Of a stretch of DNA of 64,000 nucleotides, positions 53,060 to 64,000 are shown one piece after another. The notes under the pieces were generated by a model. The model ran no database searches. It was not told the origin of the DNA and saw only the letters and a program-made list of their open reading frames with translations. Numbering within the stretch: position 1 is the first letter of the stretch; the number at the start of each line of letters is the position of its first letter. The stretch covers positions 1,984,001 to 2,048,000 of the forward strand of contig JAWMAR010000131.1 in NCBI GenBank assembly GCA_036785375.1. Reading direction: 5' to 3'. The position numbers and the translations under genes are program-made. This stretch comes from Leucoraja ocellata. Its lineage: Eukaryota.

Positions 53060-54005
53060 GGGGGGGGGGGGGGGGGGGGAAGCATTGATATGCAGAGAAA
53101 TGTACAACGCTACAGTTTGATGATGAAATTTAATCTGGAGAAATCCTGCAAGCCATATTATGCAGCAAAATACTTTTAAAAAGGGTTGCCGGGAAATTTA
53201 AAGACTGCAACCGGGTCAATAGTACATTGCAGTAATTTAAAATTCAAACTGGAATGTTAACATAACAATATACATTGGATTGGGGAGAAGAAACGTTTCA
53301 ATACAGCATTTGTAATGTCATTCTTAAACATGGAAAGTCAAATTAGGAAACTGCTATAAAACTGACAGTTGTTGGGAATCTATATGTAGGGATGTTATTG
53401 CAGGACTAAAATAATTAGGCTAAGGCAATGGGTCTCATGAAAGGGAAATAGTGTTGACAATTTTTGGGGCAGTTTTATGTATAAGATTAATTGTCAAATC
53501 AGTGGAGGTGAAGTATCTGGATTTGTAAATGACATTGGACATGGCGATACAAAAACAGTTGCACAATATAGACTAACAGGGTTTCAGGTAAAATATGGAT
53601 AGAGGATTTGCAAAATGAGGAATAAATGGATGACTGTTTGGCAGATCATTAAAAGAAAAATATAGAATTGCATTCCTGGTTCTTAAACCAAATTAATCTA
53701 TTGAAATATAAAACAGGGACTAACTGGGCAGAAGCTGAGAAGCCATTTTCTCCAGCTGGTGTATCTAGACCCAGCAGGCACAGTCCAAGAATAAAGTGGT
53801 CAGCCATTAAGGGCGAAATAAACAAGTTCTTCCTTCGACGAGTCTTATGATTTATTTATTTTTGCGCAACCTTCTCTCCAAGTCCAGAAGATAAGTTCAG
53901 TACATTCAAGGTTGAGACTGAGATTTGTGGACACTTAAGGAATCGAGGAAGGTAAAAAACTGAGCAAAAAAGTCGAGTGAATGAGCAAGCTCAATGCCTA
54001 TTTGT
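53060..54005 (+). mobile_element. Highly degenerate CR1-type LINE fragments
   Basis: Eroded CR1-like segments (ctagacccagcaggcacagtccaagaataaagtgg; gttgagactgagatttgtggacac). Confidence 0.4.
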
Positions 54006-54415
54006 TCTTTAAAGGGAATTAAAAGTAAAACATTTTAAGAAATTGCAAACCATTGTCAAAATCCTGAAGTGTTTCTTTTCTTTTCCAACCCATCTTTCAG
54101 TTATCTTCTTGTTAATTGAATCAACCAACATGGGCAATGTAGACTAAAGAATTATCCACAATACTATTTTCTAATTAAGTCACTGTTTCCTATCAAAACA
54201 CTAAACAACAGCACATATATTGGAGAGCCTCAAAGGGTAATAATCATCTAAAATTGGTATCGAAGAATCTGAAAAACCTACTTCTAACATCCTCATGCAT
54301 GATTCACACTACATCCATGCCATAGCACCTCCATCTGAAGTTTCTATGTGCATTTGAGATTCAGAATTGTACTTTCACATGGTGTTAGAAAAGTACTTAA
54401 AAAATCATTACAAAC

Positions 54416-54517
54416 CTCCATTTTATCAATCTTTGCATACACCTCCTTCATTTCTAGTGCCTTGTCTTTTATTTTTGGTATATTTTCATCCAAAATTTGC
54501 GAGGAATCATTTCGAAT
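54416..54517 (-). CDS. BCAS4: BCAS4 internal exon (102 bp)
   Basis: tctcag|ATT...GAG|gtttg. IRNDSSQILDENIPKIKDKALEMKEVYAKIDKME (human IRSDTSQILEENIP...IYAKVDRLE). Confidence 0.92.
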
Positions 54518-55214
54518 CTGAGAAATAGAAATATACAAGCGATTTAGCTACAGAACATTTGAATGCAATTGCTTAATATAAATATACTCTTTTGAAGGAT
54601 TTTCTTTAAATTCATTTCTTCATTAAAATATCCCAAGACCTGTGTCAAGTTCTGAGTATTCCTGTTAGTGAGTACACTTCCAATTGAAAATATTCTAATG
54701 AGTTTTGCAGAGAATAAAATTATAAACCACCTTTCTAATTTGAGTCAAGCCTGAACATTGGTCACCATTTTCCAGTATGAAAGTATCCCATCTTTTCACT
54801 GTTTATCAGATTAAAATGATAACTAGAAAGGTATTTCATTTTATTCTGTGCAAAATACATCAGGATTATTGATGGAAGTAATACAAACAAAGACAGTGAT
54901 ATGTTTCTGCTAAAAAAAATGCTTACCTTTAAACGCCTGTAAAATAAAATTACTTTGATTTGGATTAAAAAATGAAGCAAAGTGGTGCCTAGACAATCCA
55001 AATGTGGTAATCAAGAAGTTACTTCCAAGTGGTCCCCAACTGTAAAGCAAGGATAAACTGCATGGGACATTCACGGGTTAAGGCCAGATCCGCTGCATAC
55101 AAGTGAAACGATCCAGAGGTACAAGAGGACCCGCTATGATCTACACAAAGCCATCAAGGATGCCAAGAGACAATACCGGGACAAACTTGAGTCCCAGTAT
55201 AATCACTTGGAAAT

Positions 55215-56207
55215 GTGGAAAAGAGAAGGGCCTTGGTGAGGAAGGTGACCAAGAACCCGATGGTCACTGACAGAGCTCCAGAATTCCTTTGTGGAGATGG
55301 GAGAACCTTCCAGAAGGACAAATATATCTGCAGCACTCCACCAATCAGGCCTTTATGGTAGAGTGGCCAGACAGAAGCCACTCCTCAGTAAAAGACACAT
55401 GACAACCGGCGTGGAGTTTGCCAAAAGGCACCTAAAGGACCATGAGAAACAAGATATTCTGGTCTGATGAAACCAAGATTGAACTCTTTGGCCTGAATGC
55501 CAAGCGTCACGCCTGGAGGAAACCAGGCACCGCTCATCACCTGGACAATACCATACCTACGGTGAAGCATGGTGGTGGCAGCATCATGCTGTGGGAATGT
55601 TTTTCAGCAGCAGGAACTGGGAGAGGGAAAGATAAATGGAACAAAGTACAGAGAGATCCTTGATGAAAATCTGCTCCATAGCGTTCAGGACCTCAGATTA
55701 GGGCGTAGGTTCACCTTAACGACCCTAAGCACCATCCAAGACAACACAGGAGTGGCTTCTTGAGAAGTCTGTGAATGCCCTTGAGTAGCCCAGCCAGAGC
55801 CCGGACTTGAACACAATCGAACATCTCTGGAGGGACCTGAAAATAGCTGCGCATCGACACTTCCCATCCAGCCTGACAGAGCTTGAGAGCACATGCAGAG
55901 AAGAATGGGAGAAATTACCCAAATACAGGTCTGCCAAGCTTGTAGCGTCATACCCAAGAAGACTTGAGGCTGTAATCACTGCCAAAGGTGCCTCAACAAA
56001 GTACTGAGTAAAGGGTCTGAATACTTACGTAAATGTGATATTTCAATTATTTATTTTTAATTTCTAAACACCTGTTCTCGCTTTTTTATTATGGGGTATA
56101 GTGTGCATGATGATTAAACATTTTTTTTTAATCCATTTTAGAATAAGGCTGTAACGTAACAAAATGTGGAAAAAGTGAAGGGATCTGAATACTTTCTGAA
56201 TGCACTG
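55215..56207 (+). mobile_element. 5'-truncated Tc1 element, same family as 5148-6762
   Basis: [40 protein letters not shown]; right TIR ends AATGCACTG|TA. Confidence 0.92.
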
Positions 56208-56525
56208 TATTGATCTGCAGCGCATCAATCAGTGAGGATAGGGAACAAATAATTCTCAGCATTGGTACTCCGCGAGGATGCGTTCTCAGCCCCCTTTACT
56301 CCTTGTACACTAGCGACTGTGCAGCCATGTACAAATCTAATTCGCAGATGACACCACCATTGTGGGCCAGATTACAAATAATAATGATACAGAGTACAAG
56401 AAGGAGATCGAGAACCTCGTGTCCTGGTGTCAAGACAACAACCTTTCTCTCAATGACAGCAAGACAAAGGAGATAGTGATCAACTTCAGGAAGAGAAGCA
56501 GTACATACCCCAGTTTGCATTGGGT

Positions 56526-56677
56526 AGGAAGAACTGTAGATGCTGGTTAAACCGATGATAGACACAAAATGCTGGAGTAACTCAGCGGGACAGACAGCAT
56601 CCCTGGAGAGAAGGTACACAATACTTCTCTCCAGTCATGCTGCCTGTCCCGCCGAGTTACTCCAGCATTTTGTGTCT
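56526..56677. mobile_element. Penelope-type short repeat in fold-back form
   Basis: About 53-bp inverted arms gacacaaaatgctggagtaactc...ctggagagaag / cttctctccag...gagttactccagcattttgtgtc around a 10-nt loop. Confidence 0.8.
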
Positions 56678-57979
56678 GTCCCCAATTTACATTGATGAGG
56701 CCGAAGTAGAAATGATTGAAAACTTGATTTTCCTCTGAGTTAATATCACCAACAACTCCTACAAGACCAACCATATTGAAGCAACGACCAAGAAAGCACA
56801 CCAACACCTCTACTTCCTTAGCAGGCTTAGGAAGTTCAGCATGCCCCTGACAACTCTCACCAATTTCTACAGATGCACCATAGAAAGCACTTTATCAGGA
56901 TGCATCACAGCTTGGTTTGGAAACAGTTCCATCCAAGACTGTAAGAAATTGCAGGGAATTGTGGATGCAGCCCAGGCCATCACAAACCAACCTCTCTTCT
57001 ATTCACTCCATTTATACTTCACGCTGCCTTGCTACGGCCAGCAGGATAATCAAGGACGAGTCGCACCCTCACCACTCCCTCTTCTCCCCTCTCCAATCAG
57101 GCAAAATGCATAGAAGTGTGAAAATGCACACCTCCCGATTCAGGGACAGTTTCTTCCCAGCTGTTATCAGGCAACTGAATCATCCTGCCACAACCAGAGA
57201 GTAGTGCTGAAATACAATCAACCTCATTGGTGACCCTCAGACTATCCTTGATCTGACTTTGCTAGCTTTACCTAGCATGAAACGTTATTCCCTTATCATG
57301 TATCTATACACTGTCAATGTCTCAATTGTAATCATGTTGTTTTTCTACTGACTGGATAGCACGGAACAAAAGCTTTACACTACCTCGATACACATGACAA
57401 TAAACTGAACTAAATTAAAACACAAAGTACTTGTGCTATAACGGCAGGATTTGTGCTCAATTAAGAAAACCAAGCCCAAAACATTATCTAACTAAATACA
57501 CCAACTTACAATAAATGACTCCAAATGCAAATAAAACCAAAAAGAAAATAAAGCAGCTATATTAATTAGCTCTTTTAATAAAATGAATCCTTTAGATGCA
57601 AGTATATCATTGGGGTTATCAAGTGGGCTCCTCTCTTCGTTGCATTGAGTTAGGCCCGCGACACCTCGGGAAAGCTCAACAGTTGGTTCTGACGTCCCAG
57701 AATAACCCCCTCAATACCTGCTCTCACCACCTTTGCTGCCAGTATACTAAAGGAAGCTGCAGTCAGATAGCTCACTCTAACAAATGCTAAACACCTGGAA
57801 CCTATCTTCCACTAATCATAGCCCATCATTAAGCTTGTACCATCACAAATATCACCCTTGCATAAGTACACTTGCACTGACTACAATTACAAAGAAATAC
57901 ACAAACTGCATGTCATATGTTTCCTTTCTGTCCCCAACTGACACTATTTCTTCTCCACCAAATCCACCTACTGCCATGC

Positions 57980-58186
57980 TCTGCTGCCTCTGACATTCAC
58001 TTTACAGCCTGATCAAACTCTGTCCACAAATTCCGAGCTCTCCAAATAACGACATTGTCGATCTCGCTATGAAACCTCTGCAACCCACCTTTACCGGACG
58101 TACTCTTGATCTCCATCCTCGCTGCCCAACTTCTGCTGCCAACTCTGCATATCTAAGCCTTTTCCTTTCATAAGCCTCATCCACTT
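57980..58186 (-). mobile_element. Fragment of an RLE-type (restriction-like endonuclease; HERO/R2-group) non-LTR retrotransposon
   Basis: DEAYERKRLRYAELAAEVGQRGWRSRVRPVKVGCRGF resembles the RKxxKY...PVEVGCRG region at the end of the RLE domain. Confidence 0.7.
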
Positions 58187-59202
58187 GTTCTGCTCTTTCA
58201 CAAAATTTAGTTCTCCGGTACCTCAAATGTTGCAATAATGTTACAAAAACCGTGTGGGGATGGGTACTTACTTACTAAGTATTCCAGAGAAGGTTTAGGG
58301 TTGTGCTTTCAGTATATGTAACATTTTAATGTTTTAGATTTAGGGCAAAAGAAAGGTGCTGGCTGATATTATCACAAGTGTGAAATCCCATTCCTTCTAA
58401 TTGGCGACTTAAAAATCAAGCTTTTATTTATTGCTTTCCTTGAACCTCATTATATTTCTCTATTATTATATTTTTGAATCCCGCTTTTACATATGCCGAG
58501 TTTTACTTCCTGATTTAAACTCATATGTGGTCGCACTAAGGAGTCTTCAATCTGATCAGTTAAAATGCAGTACAGCTGCTTTTTCTGATCACAGATAACC
58601 CAAATCCCCTGTGATTGGTTTGACTGATCAATATCACTTACTGCAGCAAATGGACAATCAAGGGTAAGGCTATGCAATTAGGTCTTATTGTTTTTTATAC
58701 CAAGATGTTTTATAGGGGAGCAACCGAGGCAGGTGCATACTCTGGGTAATTATATAGATAACAATGTACCTGTACTAAAAAAATTCAGATTGAATAAATA
58801 CATTTCTTTGATGCAAAACCAAACTGGAAGATATTGTAATTTGCCACATGCAAGCCGCCAAAAAATAAACTGCTGTAAGAGCTCAGCGCATCAAGCAGCA
58901 CAGACGCTCACACAGATGCCGCTTGACCAGCCTGCTACTTCCTGCAGTTTATTTTTTGGCACCACCTTTCAGCATCTGTAGTCTCTTGTTCCTCGTTCAT
59001 ACTCTAAATTTCTATGAGGATATATACAATAATTCAGGATCCCTTATAAATGTCATTTATATACTATAAATATAAAATATCCTCATGCTGTCCATTTTGC
59101 TACCAGCAAATATCTTAATGCAATAAAATCTCAATACATTGTTTATTCTGCACTTTCGATGTCCTAACAATGTCCTCTGCTGTGAATAATATAACAATGT
59201 TT

Positions 59203-59360
59203 TAGATTAGATTAGATTAGACTTTATTAATCCCCTTATTCAGGGGAAATTCAGATGTCCTTGCAGCAAACTAATAAAAATACAACATAGCATTCAAGAA
59301 GAAATTCAACACCAAAACACAAAAACATCCCCACTGTGGGGGAAGGCACAAAGTCCAGTC
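59203..59360 (-). mobile_element. LINE 3' tail with (TTAGA)n microsatellite
   Basis: ttagattagattagattagactttattaatcccc...ggggaaatt; polyA signal, stem and tandem tail on the minus strand. Confidence 0.45.
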
Positions 59361-59436
59361 TTTTACCCTTTTAAAATTGTGATGAATAAATTAGCTATGT
59401 TATGCAATTCTTACTGATTTATAAAGTAAAACTTAC

Positions 59437-59508
59437 CATGTCAAGCATCCCACAAAATTCATCCAATCGGATTAACATTTCTTCAATGCTCTCTTCAAGC
59501 TCCTTGGC
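59437..59508 (-). CDS. BCAS4: BCAS4 internal exon (72 bp); upstream exon(s) not found in the window
   Basis: tgtag|GCC...ATG|gtaagt. AKELEESIEEMLIRLDEFCGMLDM (human AKEVEETIEGMLLRLEEFCSLADL); all four exons are phase 0. Confidence 0.92.
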
Positions 59509-62229
59509 CTACATATGGAAAAAGACACAAACAGGATGTACCAAGATTGGTAAAAGATTTGACACCCTAATTGCCTCAAATTCCATTTTTGAGTTGTTAG
59601 AAGAGAAGGACGGACTGTCATTCCACCAATGATGATCAGAATATTTATTGTACATCGCCTTAGGCAGAGGAAACTATTATGTCAGATTTGAAACAAAATC
59701 AAACCAGTGAATAAGAGAAATCCTTGCGGATTCAACTCTCAATGCAGCATATTGAATGTATATTCTTGGCTGGCAATGTACTGTACTCTTCCAAATGAGA
59801 CATTAACATAAAAGTATGATATATCTATTTGCGTGGATGTAAAAGATTAATTGGCATAATTCAGAGGATGAATTTCTGTGTCTTTGAACCAACAATCTTT
59901 AATCAATAGTATACATGCAGCAAACATTTGCTGCTTTGTGTACATTACCAATAGTTGTGACTTATTATTCTCTGAAATGGTGGTAGTCCGAAAGTCATGA
60001 AGGGCGATAAAATTTGAGTTTTCTCAAACATTATGGGCAAAATGACCAATATCACCACTTCCTCAGCACGAACCATTTCTACAATAATTATTCGAAATTA
60101 GATAATGTAAACATTCAGCAATAGTAAGGATGTGAAACAGTGAAATAAATGCAAACAATTCACATTTATTCATTTTAACATACTTCAATTCGGTCATTTT
60201 AATCATGTAACAAATTGGATTGTTCAACATGCAATAAAAAGGAATCTATTCCAGGTAAATAATTTAACAGCCACATAATCCAAAACAGATTTTTTGTTTC
60301 ATGGACTCAAGTACCATGGAGTTTCACAAGTCAATACGAAGTTTAGATTATGCCAGGTTTTTTTTTTACAATGTGCAGCAAATAACAAACATCAATACTC
60401 TGATTTAGTTTATCATCATCTGGAGATGCAACAGCATAAAGAACCGCCCCATGCAAAACATTTGAATTCATAAAATGAATCAAAACAAACAGACCAGGCT
60501 GATTTCCTGAATGTCAAGAATTCATCAAGCAATCATAGAGTCTGATGAGTTTGTCATTTAGAGCACCCAAGATATAAAAATCTTTGGGTAAAGTGTATTT
60601 TCTAGAATAAAAATCTGGAAAAATTACAATAAAAAGCTTTGCAGTCAATGCTCCAGTTTGCAAACGGGCTGGATATGTTACAGAAACATTAAAGATCAAA
60701 ATCAAGGATTAACTATGCTGTTTGGTCATTTGTATTCTGTGAGATATCTAGTTTCTTCATTTGTAACAGAAGTATTGTGAGGGAAACCATCACATAACGC
60801 ATTGGAGCAATGATCCCCATTTTCAAAAGGGAAATCAGTCGTCATGGAGATCTTAGTTTCCATCTACAACCAGCATTTCATACAAATAATCAAAACAATT
60901 CTTGGATGAATTACTTTGTTCATTTGCAACACTAAGATCTATTTAATAAATAACTTTAAATGTTATTTTTTGAAAACAAATATTTGTTCACTGATTGTGC
61001 AATTGGACAGCCCAGAAATTTGGACTTTCAATGTCAAAATGGCAAACCTTTTAGCAAGGCAGAGATTTGGCTCAATTATTCAATCTTTTTTAAACATTTT
61101 AATGGCAAGGTAAACTCTGGCCTTACATAGATTTTAGTATGTGTTATTTTAATTAAGCCTGACCAAAATAAAACAAAACCAAATCTCAAATTGGAGATAA
61201 GTTTGAAAATACATGATATAAAAAATAGTGCTTTTATTTACGTACCTTGTTTTCTGGTATTCTAACACCATGTATCAAGTACACTGGCAGTGCGGAACAG
61301 GCACAAGAAATAATATAATCTGAGACCTTACCAACTTTGCATGTCTGGGTTTTATTGTTACTGCCCAAATGTTTACATTTGTATCTTCAGCATGGTAATA
61401 TTATTTTTTTCTGGACCATTTTATCTGCCTTCCAAATAAAAACTGATTGGGAATCCACTGAACCTCTATAAATTGCTAATCTTGCATTCTACAATGGGGG
61501 AGAGATCTGACGTTCCACTAATTTGTGTAACAAATGAGTGCATAAGATTTCAAATGGTCTTATTTTTTTTTTTTAAATGAAGCAGGAAACAGCGATGGAA
61601 TAATATGTAGGGTAGTGATGGTAATAATTTTTGTTAGTTAGTAAATGTGCTAGCTCCAAAAGATGGCCCTGATTTTTCTAAGCCCAGGCCTGTGCACATC
61701 TGCAGTTCCTTCCTGTACATTTTGTGGAACATCCCACACTCACCTAGGATGAATGTGCAGGACTGATTTCACTAAGTACCTGACTGCTTTTGACAAATTG
61801 ATTAAGAAGGAACTGCAGAAGCTGTAAAATCAAAGGTAGACAAAAGTGCACAACAGGTTTTTCTTCTGTCAAAGCAGTCACGGATTTTTAGTTTTTAAAT
61901 GTCTTTGACAATAATAGGCACACAAAAGATGGTAAAATTGTAGTAAATAAGCCTCAGATTTGTACTTGAACTTTTAGTACTACATCAAGCCACAGAAAAG
62001 ATCTTCTAACATCAGTCCACTGCAGTGAGGAAAGCACAATAAACTCAAGCGGCCTCAGGCAGATCAACAAGGAATGCCATCATATCAGAAGCATATGAAT
62101 AGGTAGGTGGCTGGTGATTTGGAATATGTGCCCCAAGGGATTATGTAAAGAAAAACAAAGGCTAGATTCAAAGGTGCCAGCTGGTGTAGTCAAATTAAAG
62201 ACGCAATAGATCTATTAATTTAGTCTTTG

Positions 62230-62372
62230 CACGAAGGAACTGCAGATGCTGGTGTAAACCGTAGACACAAAAAGCTGGAGTAACACAGCAGGACAGGCAG
62301 CATGTCTGGAGAGAAGGAATGGGTGACGTTTCAGGTCTGCCTGTCCCGCTGAGTTACTCCAGGTTTTTGTGT
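62230..62372. mobile_element. Penelope-type short repeat, fold-back
   Basis: acacaaaaagctggagtaac.cagc.ggacaggcag ... ctgcctgtcccgctgagttactccagg.ttttgtgt. Confidence 0.75.
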
Positions 62373-62964
62373 TCATGAACGTAGTCTGCAAGAGTTTCAT
62401 CTCATGGTGGAGAAATATCACACAGAGGTCCACATAAATACCCTTTGCCCCCGTTAAATAATAATTCATAAACACGTATGTTAGAGAATTGCATCCTTCA
62501 TTTTTTGAATGTTACTATTGATAATAAATTATAAGATTGAAATCACGCAAATAACCTATAGGTAGTTTTCATGTTATTTGATGTTTTTCCCTGCTCCAAA
62601 CAAAGGTGGGTAAGGTCTGCACATTACAGCACCTGAATAAGTGTCAGCAGTACTAGATTGAATGCTATGATTCCAACAGACGACAAGGAAAACTTGCTAA
62701 CTATAAATAAAAAATATGCTGGAAATGTTTCAGGTCAAATACATCTTTCAAAATTGTATCTGAAAATTCAGTTTCTCTCTATACAGATGTTGTTTGACAA
62801 AAGAGCATTTTCAGCAATTCTGAAATGGACCCACATTCATTATTCAACCATCAGCCCAGTTTTTACAAGTTTCATATTGCTAGGAGACAATGAATCCACA
62901 GTAATCTTCGAATTGGTTCCATCGTCTCTTTCACACAGAGAGATATAGATTTCCACCACCCTTT

Positions 62965-63013
62965 CAGCCTCTCCTCATAACTCCAGCACTCAGCCTCTCC
63001 TCATAACTCCAGC
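62965..63013. repeat. Short direct tandem duplication
   Basis: tcagcctctcctcataactccagc occurs twice. Confidence 0.8.
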
Positions 63014-64000
63014 TTTGGCAACATCCACCTAAATCTCCTCTGCACCCGCTCTAGTACTATGATTGAAATGCACCACTGCATATGCTGATTATAATCTCAA
63101 TTTTTCCAATAATTTGCCCATTGCCAATGTCATGAATATGTCTATTCCTTTCTGCATTGTTAAATAGCAATGTAACATTCTTTATCTTCCAGTTGAAGGA
63201 TATCCCTCCTGGAACTAAAGAGGTTTGGAAAATGACAGATGGTGTTGAATAATTATTTTCTTCTTAAGTAAAATCTATTTATTCTTAATTTCAATTAATA
63301 CCTCCTTCCTCTTCCTGATAATGTTTCTTGTTTTTCCACTCTGAGCTGCACTGTGCAACCCTAAATAAAATGGATTTCTCATTGTAAGCTAAGACTTGGG
63401 CCCATATTGCAATTACATTGGAGCAAACTCCTATTTCGAAGAGTTTTTCAGCATAGCTCAGTAGATGTTCAGATTTTGGCAAAATTCAAGTGTGAGGGAA
63501 GCAACTTTCTTGTTTGTAATGGATGAGCCCAGACGCTGCGCAATTTTAACCTTCCTCTTTGATCTTAATTTATTACAAACAGCTTTATTCTACCAATGGA
63601 ACATTGGTCTAGTCCCCCTTTGGTCTAGTCTCCTTTAATTTTTTTTATCTTCTCCACTATACAATTGTAAAGAGTGCATGGCACAACTATGAATTTGAGA
63701 TCAATATATTTTAGTAACGCAGTTGGCAAGTAAAAATATTACTAATGAAGACCTTCGAAATAGCATGAGATCAAACTGCAAATAGCTGACTCTGACTCTT
63801 CATTGCAACTTTAACTTTGACACCGATGCTGGTCCCAGGATCGCATGGCTCTAAAATCTTTGCAACTTCAACACTACAACTGTTCTGTGAATTTGAGTGG
63901 CCCACGATAAAAAATAACATAGGTTCGTGGTTTTCAATGTTCGCAAGCGCCTCTGATTTCTGAGCATTTGGAAACAGTGAAATATATTAAAAATCATTGA

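Larger units (their letters stand above)
55065..57418 (+). mobile_element. Rex1/Babar-like LINE, interrupted by a Tc1 and a Penelope-type fold-back
   Basis: RYDLHKAIKDAKRQYRDKLES at about 55130; GTPRGCVLSPLYSLYTSDC; WCQDNNLSLNDSKTKEIVINFRK; LTNFYRCTIESTLSGCITAWFG; RFRDSFFPAVIRQLN; 3' caataaactgaactaaa. Confidence 0.85.

Noticed and set aside
59509-64000. Search for the BCAS4 first exon or promoter
   Set aside because: No convincing coding exon or CpG island; it probably lies beyond the window.

Overview
AT-rich vertebrate genomic DNA, most likely from a cartilaginous fish (skate/ray-like; inferred from the repeat families and protein divergence, not proven). The window holds the conserved DPM1-ADNP-BCAS4 block. 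DPM1 contributes its last three coding exons (+, 737-7365). ADNP is complete (+): CpG-island promoter at about 13.6-14.4 kb, coding exons at 33941-34048, 35394-35486 and 36007-39675, 1289 aa in total. BCAS4 contributes four coding exons (-, 59508-50930) and is convergent with ADNP. Introns and intergenic DNA carry two Tc1/mariner families, CR1, Rex1/Babar-like and RLE-type LINE fragments, MITEs, and many copies of a short Penelope-type repeat with a minimal hammerhead-ribozyme motif, often as fold-backs. Most notable: (i) a 36-bp coding tandem repeat in the ADNP C-terminus that gives four CtBP-type [P/A/V]LDLS motifs next to the HP1 PxVxL motif, while the NAP (NAPVSIPQ) motif is not conserved; (ii) the hammerhead-bearing fold-back repeat family; (iii) CTCF-type motifs at the ADNP promoter and introns. 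All calls were made by eye; no database searches were run.
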